In this document: piece by piece, positions 36,249 through 50,500 of the stretch
Layout of the letters: each line of letters starts with the position of its first letter
Numbering within the stretch: the first letter of the stretch is position 1
Source: Haliotis rufescens
Lineage: Eukaryota
Length of the DNA: 64,000 bases
Direction of reading: 5' to 3'
Assembly (NCBI RefSeq): GCF_023055435.1
Contig: NW_025963879.1
Coordinates: 4,092,001 to 4,156,000 of the forward strand
Made by a program: the position numbers and the translations under genes
Notes under the pieces: generated by a model
The model's database searches: none
What the model saw: only the letters and a program-made list of their open reading frames with translations
What the model was told of the DNA's origin: nothing

Positions 36249-39186
36249 TCAACTCCATTCAAGAGGGCAGACCTTCGTGATAGGTCTTTTCAAGACTGTT
36301 TTGCCAACTTTAACATCAAGAACACGTACGTGATCATCCTTTCCAGGATACCTTTTGAGAACTCTGCCAAGAGGCCAAACTCCACGAGGAGTATCTGGAG
36401 ATACCACAATGATCCATGCCGACACTCTACACAATCTCTTCCAACTTGAAAATCTAGATGGCGCTAATCTCCAAGAGATTGGATCAGACTTAGTAAACAT
36501 GGCGATGTTTATTTGAGAAGGCTTCTTCAGTTCTGATGTCTCAGTATTGTCCATGTCAATGGTCTGCTTCGGCCATTCGGTTTCATCATGTGTCACAAAT
36601 TCAGGTCCATTCAGCCATTTCTGTGTCAAAAGTGCTTCAGCGTCTACACCTCTACTAAGAATGTCTGCAGCATTCAGTTTGGATGGTACGTATTTCCACT
36701 GACTGATGTTTGTATGCTCCTGTATGAATCCAATCCTATTTGCTACAAATGGCTTAAAACATCGACTCCGTCTTTTGATCCACCACAGTACGTTCTGGCT
36801 GTCTGACCATAGCGTTGCACGCTGCAAAGGTAATTCTAATGCCTTTGTTATAGCCAGTAACAGTCGTACACCCAGAACTGCCGCAAGCAGCTCCAATCGA
36901 GGCATACTAACTGCCTTGAGGGGAGCAACATGGCACTTGGAAGCAACTAAATAACTACACTTCGTGTCATCTTCACGAGTGGTTACTAAATATACCACAG
37001 CTCCAAATGCTGCCTCTGAAGCATCTACAAATGTGTGTAACTTCATCTTTGAAGTATCTAAGCTAACCTCAAGCCCCCTTGGGATTTTAACAGAACACAA
37101 CTTTTCAATTTCAAGATACCAAGACCATGCTTTTTGTTCCAGATCTGGACTGAGGGTTTCATCCCAGTTAACACCGGATATCCACATTTCTTGCAGAAGA
37201 ACCCTTGCCCTAATGATGAATGGACCTAAGAACCCAAGAGGATCAAACAGCTTAGCAGTTTCTTTCAAGAAGTTCCTCTTAGTCATCTTGATATCATGCT
37301 TTAAGGACATGAAAGAAAATCTAAACTCATCTGATTCTGCATTCCACAGTAAGCCCAGTGCTTTAACAGATGGCAATTCACTCATTTGAATATTAATCTC
37401 TTTCAATCTATCCTCTTCTGGTATTTCTTGGAGAACTTGCACGGAATTGGAAACCCACTTACGAGCGTGCATACCTGCTGTACTCCACAGCTGTTGCAGC
37501 TGTTTGTAAAGCTCTATAGCTTTGCTATTTGTGTCAACGGAATCCATATTGTCATCCATATATGTTGACTTTTCCACGGTTGCTGCAGCCAATGGAAGTT
37601 CTTTCTCCATGGACTTAGCATGTTCTTGAGTGATATACTGAGCTAAAAAGGGGGAACAATTTAGTCAAAACACAACCTTTGAGAACTCAAATACATCTGA
37701 CTTTTTGTTCCAATCCATAGACCTCCAAAGAAATCTTAGATACGGACGGTCATCCTGAGCGACTTCAATTTGAAGGTACATTTCAGCAATATCGCAAATG
37801 ATTGCAACAGGATGTTTGCGAAAACGAAGCAAGATCTCAAATAGATCATTCTGGAGTTTTGGTCCTTGATGAATGACATCATTTAAAGATATGCCTTTAT
37901 TCTTTGCAGATGCGTCAAATACGATTCTCACCTTTGTTGTACTTCTGTCTGGTTTAATGACTGGAAAAGGTGGTAAGTACCATTTACTTTGATCTATTTC
38001 TGTTTCAGGTACTTTTCTGATATAACCATTTTCAGGTATTGTTCTATGACTTCATTGTAGGCTCCTGAAATCGTTTGATCCTTTGACAACTTCTTTTCTA
38101 AATTAAGAAGACGATTGTATGCCATGTCATAATTGTTTTTCTGATTCTCGTGACCCTCCTTCCATGGAATGCCAACCTGATATTTGTCTGTTCTACAGTC
38201 TTAACTGCATCATTCTCATCCATGCTTCTAATCGATGTCAAACCTGAAATGCTTTCAGACTCCCAAAATGAGTGAATCAAAGACTCAATATCTGTATCTG
38301 CGATCGCTTCTATTTCTGTATTTCTGATGAAGAAGGAACCTGCTCCATGTGTTGTTTTGTCTGAACCTGATACAGCATCAACACAGGTCCAACCTAAGGG
38401 TGTCAACCGAGCCACAGGCTCTCCTTGAGCTCCACGGACCTCTTTAAGAGAGGAATGCAGCTCTAAATAATCCATACCTAACAGGATGTCAACTCTTGGA
38501 CGAGAACTTACCTTTGGAAATTTTATTTTCGTCAAATGTGGCCATTCCTTGGCATGTTTTCGCCAATCAATGACTTCCATTCTACCTGTTAATTTGGTAG
38601 TTGTCAAAGCTGTGATGTTTATGTCAACTGAACCATCAGTACTTTCTAAGCCGATATCAATTAGCATACTATCAAATATTTCCTGTTTGTCATTGAGGAC
38701 ATTGACTGACACTTGCTGTGTCTGACCTTGAACGCCAAGTTCTGCTGCTACATCCTCGTTGATGTAAGTATACGTGCTGGCATCATCCAGCAAGGCATTA
38801 ACCATCATTCTGTGCTGACCATTCTTAAGGATAACAGGAACTGTCCTAAGTGCAAGGTAATGACCTTCCTGCTTAGAAGTTGCCATGGTGATTGTTTCTG
38901 ACCTACCTGCTTGTGGTGTTCTTGTTGTGTGTTTCATCTCTACATTACCACTGTCGGCCCTAGCACTGCTTGTAACTTTGGTTTGATCATGAAGTAACCT
39001 GTTATGATTTGCTTTACAGCCATCAATCCCACATTTCAAAACTCTGCTACACGATCTTCCCAGATGACCGATATCAAGGCAACGAAAGCATAAATCTAAC
39101 TGTTTTGCCCTTTCCCAGCGTTTAGGTAGGTCAATAGATTTCAACTCTATGCAATCTGAAGTGTCATGATCTGCTTCATGACACAC
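36249..39186 (-). pseudogene. BEL/Pao pol remnants (Zn knuckle, aspartic protease, RT, RNase H; integrase core deleted)
   Basis: CFRCLDIGH, ALLDDAS, RIVFDAS, DIAEMYLQ, YMDD, FDPLG, HTFVDAS, PRLELLAA, NAADILSRG, then directly WPLGRV..KRPITKVCPLE. Confidence 0.9.
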
Positions 39187-39278
39187 ATGACATTGCCTTG
39201 CCCTAGTTTTATTATGTGTGATTGCAAATGTTCCTTTCTTAGAACTATCTCTCTTGTCTGTTGTCTTTGACCTATCAG

Positions 39279-40568
39279 CTATTCCATGTTTAATCCTGAA
39301 GCTATCGTTTGGAACTCTGCTTCTTGCAGAATATATTCCATAAGCGTCTCAACAGACTCTTGTCTTTGGTGCTCAAATAACCATCTGTGGAACTGAGTAA
39401 TCATAGGCTCATTCATTTTCTTAACCAGTAGTGAATACAAACATCCACTACCAAGTTCCTCTATTTTATCAGATTCCCTCAGACTGACTACAGCTACATC
39501 AAGCATGTCCGCAAATTTGTCCATATCCTTAGCATTCCCTAATCGTATTGGCTTGAAATTGTATATTTCTTCCAATTGTAATGCTACCTGGCGTCTCTTG
39601 CCGCCATATTTTCTGTCCAATCTCTCCAAGGCTACATCATAGACCGAAGCACTGTGACTTAGCCTTGCAACTATGTGTGCTGCTTCTCCAGACAGGTACT
39701 GCTTCAATTGCAGAAGTTTATATTCATTGGTGGCTGGAGCTTTATCAACACATACCATGAAAGCAGACTTCCAGCCTTCATATTCTCTGACATCGCCAGA
39801 AAATACTGGAATGGAAACTCTCTTCAATTGATTCCACATGTCTTCACCTAAATTGTGTTGCCTAGATGACTGATCTGAAGTTGTATAACAACCTTTTGTG
39901 TTATCTGGGACTGGTGTCCGTTTCATATCCATATTTGACCTTTGTTGAAAATGGCCTAAATTGAACGAAGCATGTTTGTAACCTTGGTTACTGATTTGTC
40001 CAGTGCCATCACTGTCCAAGTCTGCATCATGCAACAAACCTTTACAGCTATCTTGCGACCGATTCGCATCAACTTGACATGACCTTAACATTTCTGACTG
40101 AATGCTTTTTGCGTCCGAACTAACATGTGATCTGTTCTTAAGAAATGCTTCAGCCTTATCAAGGGCAAGTTCAATTTCATCTTCAACAGTTTCTATCTCC
40201 TTACTAGTTTTCTGAACTTTCTCTAGGTAACCAGCCCAGTTGTAAGCTTCCAGATATTCCACTATGAGACCTATAGCCTTGCTCTGCAGAAAACTTACCT
40301 GATCAATTAGACTCCTAATTGTCTTACGATCTGGTGCCTCAAGTTCAACTAAATTCAGCAATTTGTTCTTTGATTTTGTCAAAGCTGACTTTGAAATAGT
40401 TTTCTGATGCTTAAGTTTAGCTATCTTTAGCTCAAGTTCAGAAGTGTTCTGTTTAAGTCCTACGTCTGAAGAAGCGTACTGTTTCAGCACTACGTCTGAA
40501 GAAGTATCCTTTTCTATTTCCGCCTTACTCGCAGACCCTAACTGTGACATACTGCTTGCATGTAACAA
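39279..40568 (-). pseudogene. BEL/Pao gag region (DUF1759-like)
   Basis: LKRVSIPVFSGDVREYEGWKSAF..KLLQLKQYLSGEA..ERLDRKYG. Frameshifted relative to the downstream ORFs. Confidence 0.85.
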
Positions 40569-43500
40569 TTAGCTATACCTAATGCTAATCTAAACTAACA
40601 AAAGCCTAATACAAAACTAAAATATTCTAACCAGAGAAACCACGCTCTGCTACCAAATGTTGCGCAGTGGAACTGAATATTTGAGCGTGGTTTAACTTAA
40701 AATGAAAACTAATCTAAAATTTGTATGACTTACCTTTTTTGAATGAAACCAGGAACTAAACGTGATAACCTATTAAAAAACTATGAAGATCTATAAGGAA
40801 CTAAACGTGATTACCTGTTATTATGTGAAGGAAAGATGAATAAACCTCAAATGAAAGAAATTAAATGCTAATTCTAACAGTTACTCCTAAGGGAGTCTTA
40901 ACACTGTCTAACGCTATGTCTAACGCCATCTGTCTAACCATCTCTGACCATCTAACTAACGAACTCTCTAACGAATTCTGACCAACTAACTAACCGATGC
41001 GTGCTACCGCCTTATATTTGCTCACAACCCTCACATTTCACGTGCAGTCACAGCCATACTTTGGTGTGTTCAGGCGATGCGATCGTTATGCATCGGGTGC
41101 GTTTTGGAGAACAGATTCTTTATTTAAAACTAACACGAGTGCACGTGAAGCGCGATCTATAGGCTCCGGGTGCGTTTTGGAGCTCATTTCTAATGAACAG
41201 ACATGTCTTCAGAACACTAGTAATCCATGTGCTTTCTCTAGCGATCATTTCTCATTTGTACTCAGAATTAGTTTAGGATTATTTACTTCCTGAATCTCCC
41301 AAACGGTTCTCACTGGTGAAGATACCTTGGCATTAATACCTTGTGTATGATATACATATAAACAATGCATTTGTAAACTAAACTAAATGGTCTATAATGA
41401 TAATACAAGTCCACCCATGAGGAGTCCTTTCAGCAATTGGATCACCATAGGATCAAACGACTGGTGAAGCTGTATGTAATCAATTTCTATCAAGAGATTT
41501 ACTTGTGGATTCTATCCAACAACTTGGAAATGATACCATACATTGGCAGACCAGGCAGAGAGGATTGATCAGCTTGGGCTTATTTGATAAAACCAGCTGA
41601 CAATATTCTTGACAATCTTGTCTACTGTACAATACATCACACAGAATGGTTATCTCATTTGTTTGTCAAGGTTAACTTACTCACATCACCTCCTCCATGG
41701 GTTGGTCATATTATCACAAACACACATTTTTTCCATTTTGGGGAATCAAACTTCCAAAACCCCTTATCAATATCTGACAACAATGTTTGTGAAATAATTT
41801 ACATGTAACAGTTTGAGTGAGTACAAGCAAACAAATACAACATATTCACATTACATCCTTTACTATTGTTACCCAATATCTGTATTTTGTATTTTGTTCA
41901 AAGTCAAGAGTACCCTGGACTGTTTTTCGATACTGGTATATAATTGTTTTTACATAAAGTAACTGTTAATTACTTTAATAATGTGTTTCATGAACACAAA
42001 GCCCATACCTTACATGCCTGCCTTAAACTAGAAAATACATGCAACAGTAGTGACCTTCATGTGTATTGAAAATAATGAACTCTTGGCAGAAGCTGCATAA
42101 TGTCCTCACCATGTTTAAAGGTACATCTATCGCCTCAGTCAGCAGTATTTGTTTACTACATAAACACAGAAGTACAAAACATGACATCATGTAGATTCAG
42201 TGTTTCACTCAACCATGAAAGTGTCTGTAGTGTCAACACTATTCCATTGATCCAACACTTGCTGTGCCAGCGACAGCAATATTTACCATTCCCATTTATT
42301 TATAACATAAATGTTATGTATTCCTTGAATGAAATAAATTAAATACGATGACAACACGAAAGATATTTTGTTCTTGCACAACAATACGCATCTACCAATA
42401 ATATATTCTCCTGGTCATATATGGCTTCTTGGCTGAGAGAAACACTGAGAGTTTATTCATTTCAAAGAATGTCCTTCAAATAACAAGTTCATAGTCAATT
42501 TACTTCTGACAAATACATGGCAAAACAAATAATACAGAAGTCCTGTACAATTCAATAGAATGAAATCTAACTGAACATGAAATGAACGATGATGTATCTG
42601 GTCACACTTTACAATAATCCCATCTTGGAATAATACATACAATACTGAGACCTACTTGTCCCCATCCATACCCCTGCCCACACACACACACTTTCCCACA
42701 CCCACACCCACACCCACACACACACACACACACACACAGAGTGTTATTACCAAATACACAAAAAGCTGTACATAAACTGTGGGAAATTTGCCAACTTTTC
42801 AATATACATATTGGTAAATGGCAAACAAAAGCACATCAGCATCAATATGTGCCTTGCAGGAAACATTTGACAAGCAGGAACTATACGGCCATGAGAGGTC
42901 TCTCTGCTTTCATGAATGCTTTCAATCAGATGAAACTGACTATATTCAAAATTAATATGCATACCTATTGTATATGACTGAACACAGGAATACTGACATA
43001 ATCATGACAATAAAACTCTCTAGCAATTTTGATTGAATATCAGGGATGTTTACCAGAACTTTAATGATAATACTTAGAAAGGAGCATAGACTTATTTTTA
43101 AAAACTATATTCTGATATCGCTGAGAAGGCTCCACCATCTAGTAAACATATTTCAGAGCTGAGCACAATCATAACTATCCTTGAAAACAGTGTCCGATTT
43201 ACAGTTCCTTACAAATAGTCAAAAATCATTTTGGTGGTCCAGGTTGACGTGCTTACTGCAAACAATCACCCCTGGTGCAGCGGTGATTTAGCATAACAGC
43301 ACTGAAACAGGCTCATTTGCTTATCATGTGACTGCACTATTCTCTTGTTTGTAAACAAATGCTCTTATTCTGAAATCAGTACAGACTGGCCTAAGGCAAG
43401 ACTTTCAGAGCGTATTTCATATTGTTTAGCATAATTATATAGATATGCTACTACAACTGCAACAGTGAGGTGCATGACAATATATCTTTATACATCAAAG

Positions 43501-45236
43501 TGACTGTATCACTAGCTCTCCATAGGGCTTGGATGACAGCATGTGTAGCCGTACAACCAATGTATACAAAGGATAAGTACGCAAAATGGAAATAGTTTTT
43601 CACGTTTTAAGGTATTTTCTCTATGAAAGTTAACCATCACATACATGTTTAATTGTTTATATATTGTCAAAATGAAACATTAAATATGCAATATCTTGAA
43701 TGAACTGTGTCAGATGTGACAAATTGTCACATGGTGCTGGCCTGGTGGCAGAGGTACTATGCTGTGCGGCATGGAACTCTGGGTAGGAGAGTGACAAAAC
43801 AATCTGGCTGAATATTTTCCTGCTGCCGAAAAGTTGAAAATTCACATTGTGTCATGTGATTATGACCTCTGCATATAGATATGGCATAGGATGAGGGCCC
43901 CATGAGGATAAGTGGTAATTACACTACATCGCTAACACATTTAAACACTGTAATTGGACATGTTGGAAGCACATAATGAAAATTTACTTACTGAATAGCC
44001 ACCGTAACTACAGCACATAGTCAAGCATATATATATATGTACTCTAAACAATTAAAACAGTATCTAGGAATACATTAAAATATGGAAGCTGTCATTAACA
44101 GATACAAGGAGTTTTTACAATGCCATGTCATAATTTTACCTCAGCATATTCAGGGAAGGGCAGGCAGTTACTGAAATGACTGGTTACCCAATCTGATCCA
44201 GCAAGAACAGCATGAGCCATCATTGCCAGATTTCTTTTCATATTATTTACTAAGTACACAAGTAATACATGTGCTTAACTTGTCATCTAATGAAGTCATT
44301 CCTTGACGCTAGTCAGCTTCCAAAAGAATCCTAAAGAGCTCCTAAACAGACTTAGTACAATTGTACATGAAAATAAAATGTTTGTTACTGGGCAGTCAGT
44401 TACTATGGTTACATGCCCTGGCTACTGTAAATGATCTGTAATATGCACAAGTAAATATAGATATGTCAATTTACGGATTTAGTTCCAGGTACTTATTAAG
44501 ATTTCCTACAGATTGATCTAGGAGTTGGTCAGGAGGCGCTTCATACGGACAGTGGGGTAAATGTAAATATTCACTAAGGCCAGACACACTTATTTCCCGG
44601 TGTAACAGGGGGGCATACTCCATAGTTTGCAAGAGTAAATAAACCAAAATGTTGTATGATTAAAAATGTGCTTTGTTAACATCTTTTGGTTTGTTCTTTT
44701 GCTGTTTTATTTCTTCATGTTTTTAGAAATGTAGCTAAAAATCAACATGCTCAACTCTGAAATTGTTTTCTGTGTTCTTAATTTGCCTTGTGCCTCTTGG
44801 CATATTGACAGAAAAAAGCGATCAAAGCACAAAAATTAAATTGGTCTGGCCTCATTTATGCAAAAATGGACGTTTAGTATTGTTATTAATTATACTATTG
44901 CCGTTGTGTACATTTGTTTGTTTTTACATGCACATGTATGTGCGCTGGAGTCCAAAATGACAAACCTGGATATGATTAGCCAATGTCCCTGGACATAGAG
45001 ACTTGTTTTGTAACAACAATGATTTACTGCAAATGCATTTTCTAAAAACCTAGACTTATCAAAATTGTCACTCAATGATTCAAAAGGCAGTGAGCAAGGT
45101 AAGTGGACTTTTGACACTCTAGAAAGACAAGAATCAGAAAATCAAAAATCTAATAATCATTAATAACAGTGTAGTTTCACTGCAGCACTTTCTGCATGCT
45201 TTGTACATCGCTCTAATCACTGTTGTATGGATAAGG

Positions 45237-47234
45237 CTACTCCACTTGTGCTACATATTGTATAACCCCTTGGCTGTTGATCTCTGCATACTGGACCCGT
45301 GCTACAATGGGCACTCCGTCGACAGTAGAGAATATTTGTGTCTCTCCTTGATTCTCATCAGCACACACTGCAGCTATGTTAGCCACTGTTTGAAGTGTTG
45401 CCTGAGTCATTATATCAGCACCTGCAACAACCGCATTCTCCTCTTCGTGGTAGTCGGATATCCTGTGTTTCTTGGTAGGAGGCTCACCAAGACTGTGCTG
45501 CTTTAACATATGTTCCTTGAGTTTATCATACCGTGTTGTTGAGAAGTTGCACTGTTCACAGCTGTGTGGTCGGTCATCTGAATGTAACAGCATATGCCTC
45601 TTCATGTTCTTTATAAGAGAAAAGCTGTGACCACATATCTCACACTGGTGGGGCTTTTCATGAGTGTGAGTAAGCATGTGGTATTTCAAATTCTGTCGTT
45701 TTGTTGCTTCAAAGCCACATCCTTCAAAGTCACATTTAAACGTCTCTCCTGTATGGATCAATCTGTGAGCTTTCAGTTGACTTTTATGTGCTGTTGCAAA
45801 CCCACAAATATCACATAAGTGATCCTTTGTAACACTGTGAGTGATCATGTGGTTTTTTAAGGCATGTTTCCATTTGAACCCTGCTGCACACAAACTGCAA
45901 ACAAACGGTTTATCCTCTCTGTGTTTTGGTAAGTGTGTATTTAACTGGGTTCTACTTTTAAATTTGATATCACAGAACTTGCAAAAATATGGTGTTGGAC
46001 CGTCATGTTTAACTAAATGCGCTTTAAAATCTTCTTCTGATTCTGCCTTGTAGTCACAAAAACTACAGATGTTCTCAGCATGAAGATGTTTCTTCTTGTG
46101 TTCAGCCAGGACTTTTACACGTTTGGCTTTAAAATCACATTTGTCACATGTATAATTTCTCCCTTTTGACATGAAATTAGCATCATCTTCTTTCTTTTCC
46201 TCATTGTCTTCATTTTCTTCAGCACCTTTGTTTTCACAGTTCCTTGATTCTTTTTCAATCTTGATTACCTTATTTGCACTTCTCCGTGCCCTTTTCAGTG
46301 GATGCATGATGAAATCAGATCTGAATCGAGGACCTCTACTATTTCTCAGACGAGCACTAGTCCTGGTAGATGTGAGGTATGAGGTGATTGGCCTCTTTCC
46401 ACGGGTTCTCCTCATTGTACTCTGATTGTTTTCATTCTCATCTATATCTTCTTCCACACCTTCAGCGGTTTCTTCATTGTTTTGATCTGTGTCATTTTGA
46501 CTTTCTCTCTCTTTTTCTGCATCCTCTTCATCAGCCATGAGACTAATGAAGGCAGAAAAGTCATCATCAGACTCCTCTTCTTTTTTACTTTTTCGAGGTC
46601 TACCTCTTCCCCGTTTCTTTGCCTGTTTTATGCTACGTTCAACTTTGATTTCATTTGACCTTGCAGTGGCTGCTGGTTGCAATACTATTGCATCTCTAAT
46701 TTCAGTCTTGATATCATTAGCATTGTTTGCAATAGTAGAGGTTCCAACATCCACTTTAGAATACTTAAAACTTGTATCATTGGCAGGAATTACCTTGTGC
46801 CCCCTAAATCCACTTTGGAAATGTTCACAAAAGTTTGTCAGGTGTTCCATTTGCATTATCTTCGATATCTCGAGGACTTGAGTAAGGATCCGAAGGTTAA
46901 GACAGATGTTGCTTGTGTACATAAAGTCAACCACTTTTCTAACAGCTTCTCCATATCCACTGTCTCCATCACTGCCATCTATGTGAATTTCAATGACCTG
47001 AGGAGTTTTTTGAGAAAATGCACGCGGCAGGTCTTGTCCCTGTCCCAGAAAAGATCCAAAATATGGACTTGCTGCGGCCAAAACGTTAGAATGGGCAAAT
47101 ATTTCTTCCCCACAAACACGGAGCAATACATCACAAAATCGAGATGCCGTCCTTTGATCGTGTAATGCTTTTAAAATTCCTTCAAGTCGGTGTTTATCAA
47201 CGAGGGACGCACTATCTTCTACAAGCGTCGCCAT
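45237..47234 (-). CDS. BTB/POZ + AT-hook + 8 C2H2 zinc-finger transcription factor (ZBTB24-like architecture), single coding exon, 665 aa
   Basis: FCDVLLRV..AHSNVLAAASPYF (BTB), KRGRGRPRK (AT-hook), eight C2H2 fingers. Start AAAATGG (MATLVEDS) is preferred over the upstream ATG. Confidence 0.93.
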   Translation of the reverse strand: MATLVEDSASLVDKHRLEGILKALHDQRTASRFCDVLLRVCGEEIFAHSNVLAAASPYFGSFLGQGQDLPRAFSQKTPQVIEIHIDGSDGDSGYGEAVRKVVDFMYTSNICLNLRILTQVLEISKIMQMEHLTNFCEHFQSGFRGHKVIPANDTSFKYSKVDVGTSTIANNANDIKTEIRDAIVLQPAATARSNEIKVERSIKQAKKRGRGRPRKSKKEEESDDDFSAFISLMADEEDAEKERESQNDTDQNNEETAEGVEEDIDENENNQSTMRRTRGKRPITSYLTSTRTSARLRNSRGPRFRSDFIMHPLKRARRSANKVIKIEKESRNCENKGAEENEDNEEKKEDDANFMSKGRNYTCDKCDFKAKRVKVLAEHKKKHLHAENICSFCDYKAESEEDFKAHLVKHDGPTPYFCKFCDIKFKSRTQLNTHLPKHREDKPFVCSLCAAGFKWKHALKNHMITHSVTKDHLCDICGFATAHKSQLKAHRLIHTGETFKCDFEGCGFEATKRQNLKYHMLTHTHEKPHQCEICGHSFSLIKNMKRHMLLHSDDRPHSCEQCNFSTTRYDKLKEHMLKQHSLGEPPTKKHRISDYHEEENAVVAGADIMTQATLQTVANIAAVCADENQGETQIFSTVDGVPIVARVQYAEINSQGVIQYVAQVE

Positions 47235-47572
47235 TTTGAAGGGAGGGAACGTTCTTAAAATTTGATTGGAGAAAATTATACCACTGATGACGTGAGAGCA
47301 TGTAACTGAATGATTATGGATGTATATTAAATTTGTATTTAACGATGGTGGATGATAGGTGTGCACGTTAGTATTTTTTGAGCAAATATTATTATCAAAA
47401 GACATCTAAATAGGAACGGAATGGTCCCTTATATTTCTGCGGACCGACCGGAAGTTTGGGTTCGCGATTGACAAGTCCAATATCATCGTGATCTAAACAG
47501 GACAATACAGAAGTTACCTTATAGCTGATAACTGTTTGGTTTCAAGTATGTGGGAATTTTGAGTATGCCAAT
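47235..47572. promoter_or_regulatory. Putative bidirectional promoter
   Basis: 338 bp between divergent ATGs. ETS site CCGGAAGT at 47448-47455, TGACGT CRE-like site at ~47288, ATTGG box at ~47265, YY1-like AAAATGGCG over the ZBTB start. Confidence 0.7.
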
Positions 47573-50500
47573 ATGTCATTTCTGAAGAAGTTTGGCCAAA
47601 GAAGCAGAGAAAGAGCTTTCACAGATCGTGCAAATCGAGAACAGGATCCAGATTCTGTGCTTGCAGACGACGATGATCGAGATCCTTTTTCCGTGAACAT
47701 CACTGGTACACTTGACCTTACGATACCTGATGACGAGTCGAACAACGCTACAACACCTACATATGGTAATTTACTTGTCGTTACGGACCTTCATTAATTC
47801 ATGATTTGTTTTCAATTTCAGTAGCAATTTCTGAAATGATATATAATCTTGCTCGCGGATCGGTAGATACTGTGACACTGATCGGTAGAAAATGTAGGAT
47901 TTTGAGATATTTTGAGGAAAACTAGGCTGTGTCTGGTCAGGATAGACTATTTTTTTCTTTTGTTTGTTTTGACTGATGACGGTAGTATTATGAAGAAGTA
48001 AGATAAACTTTGCCTTAGAATTATAATGAAGGGAAGGCATCTTATCAATCTCATTAAAATTAGATCTTACACTCCGATAATCTGCGTGAAGTTCCAAGGA
48101 CAACTCCAAATGAGGCTGTGTTGGGTGAATCTTCTAATCAACCAATCAGCATCAAGGCATGTGATTTCTCAGAACAAGTAAGCGATTCATTCAGACAAGC
48201 ATATCTGATTTCTGTATCTCAGAATCTATTGTGATTTGGAAGCTTTGATTGCAAAGAAAGCAGCACCGATATATTGTTGTGAATATTGTATACATCCTGT
48301 AATTTCTGAAAAGCGTGTGCTATGGAGGATATAAATGCTGAGATTGAAATTTCAGAATTTTGGTGGTAAAGAAATGAAGGCCAATTGTTTTTAGAAAGTT
48401 GACATCTGATTTGCTCCAGAACCCACGTGTCCTTCATTTTGATGAGGCAGTCACCTTCTATGGATAGTATGGATGTCCCTTTCTAGTTTGAGTCAATCTC
48501 ATTAAAATCAGATCTTCATTCATGCTACCGCTAAACAAAGATCTGAGGACATTCAATTAAGGGTCAAGCCTGAATGACCTAGACCAATGAAATGCCCTAA
48601 CATGAAGTTGGCATTAGCCACTCAAAAAGCAGCTTTCTCCAGCTATATGGGGCACTTGTTTCAAACTGGCTATTTCACTTTGAAATATATTCTGGCAAAT
48701 TCTTGATTCAAAATTTGAAAACAGGACAAATGAATATTATTGATGTCTAATTGATGGCTGAGATTGTCTGGTAGTACTTCCCATTGGCAATGCACAGTCT
48801 CTTCCGTTCCAAGGTTTATCTGTTTGAAGCGAGTGATAGACGATGGTTTTGACAGAGTCAGAATCATATAACTATGATTTGGAATACCTTGTGTTAACCT
48901 TTATGAGGTTGCATGATTAGAAAATACATTCCGAATGTCACTCTCCTGGTCTGGTAAGTAAAGCTCTAAATGATCAGATGGAGGTCATTCTGACGTGACC
49001 CGTAATGGGATGTCTTCATATCTTTGTTTAGTGGTAGTGAGAACTATGATCTGAATTTAGTGAGTCTTAATTTGAGTTAACCTCAAATGGTAACTCATTT
49101 ACCTCAGTAAATCTGTCACTGGCCTACACAGTCAAAGCAGGATTAGACCATGTCTTTAACATGTTAAACCAACATTTTCATTAAGGTTGACAATTTTTCG
49201 ATTTTGGTTCATAAAATGTGTTTATATTATTATTTATACATAGCATATATTTCTGGTGTAGTTGTAGCAGGGTAGTGGAAGACCATTTGAATAAAACTGC
49301 TAACACACCTATATTTTATGTACTAACTAGTCTCTGCAATCTTGTCTTTGCAACAAAGATTTGAACAAACTCTTTGTAAATAACACTACCTTGTTATGCT
49401 TATTTTGATCTTTCTCAAAACTAATAAACTTTGGATAGAAATCCCTTATTCCATCAGTTAAGGGGAAGCAACTCTATATTATGGCAATATTCTGAACTTT
49501 GGATACAGATCACAAGGAGAGCAGAAATAATTTATCTTGAAAGTCCTGAATTACAATTTCTAAGATGCAGTAAAGTGCACTTTTTGATAATGAGTTGACA
49601 TCATGGTAAAAATAATTGGGTTTCAGATGTGAGAAATGTATTATTTGCTAGCGGCTTTTCATATGTATGGATTTCCCAAGATGTGGGAGATCCACAGTTA
49701 TTTCTCTATTCATTTAAGCATAAACTAAAGGATATATTTTATCAACAGTGGCACCAAAGTATTTCTGAATCACTTTATCTTAGCAATTACAGCAAAGTAA
49801 AATCATTGTTACAAACTGAAAGATATTTAACTTGTTTAAATGATAAAAGTTTAATCAGAGATTTATTATAAACTTAGAATTTCATTGCACAATTTTAATG
49901 TAAATGTATGTCGCAGGTCCAAAGACGGTGATATTGTGAACTCTATTTGTACACACTGTTCATCTGGAGAAGTAGAGGATGAATACCATGTAGAGGATGA
50001 ATACCATGTCCCCATTTGAAACATATTCCCATTTAAGGTATAAATTTCTCCCAATGTTGCAAGGTATTTTTAAAGACCGTCAGTTAATGATAAATCTGCT
50101 AAACTCTGAAATTCCTGATATGATCCATGCTGTTTCTGTATTCGTGAAACATGTCTTTACAATGAGGAATGTGTAACTAGATTTAAAATCTAATCATGTA
50201 CATCATCTGCATTGTACTATGGGTCTTGATGCCTAAATTACTGAATAAACTGTCTGTCTGTCGGTCTGATATCATGACGCTGTTCAAAGTACTTCCCGCA
50301 TGATCTTAAGTATCCTTGGTAACATTGTTCTTGCATTACTCTTAAGCAAGATGGCACATCCACATCAATTATCAATCAGTGTAATAGTTTCTTTAAACTT
50401 GTCAAATAATTGAATGTTATTCCCTGAAATATGGCATGATGATGTCAACCATCTTTCATACCAGGGAGTTATGCCAGACATATTCAAACCACTGTGTTCG

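Larger units (their letters stand above)
33803..41216 (-). mobile_element. BEL/Pao LTR retrotransposon, defective
   Basis: 5-bp TSD CTAGT (33798-33802 and 41217-41221). TG..CA LTR at 40658-41216 and an interrupted LTR at 33803-34336 + 36114-~36150. PBS TGGTAGCAGAGCGTGG (initiator tRNA-Met-like) at ~40640-40655. Confidence 0.95.

Noticed and set aside
47235-47405. 57-aa N-terminal extension of the ZBTB ORF
   Set aside because: It overlaps promoter-like motifs, and the ATG at 47234 has better context and sits just before the BTB domain.
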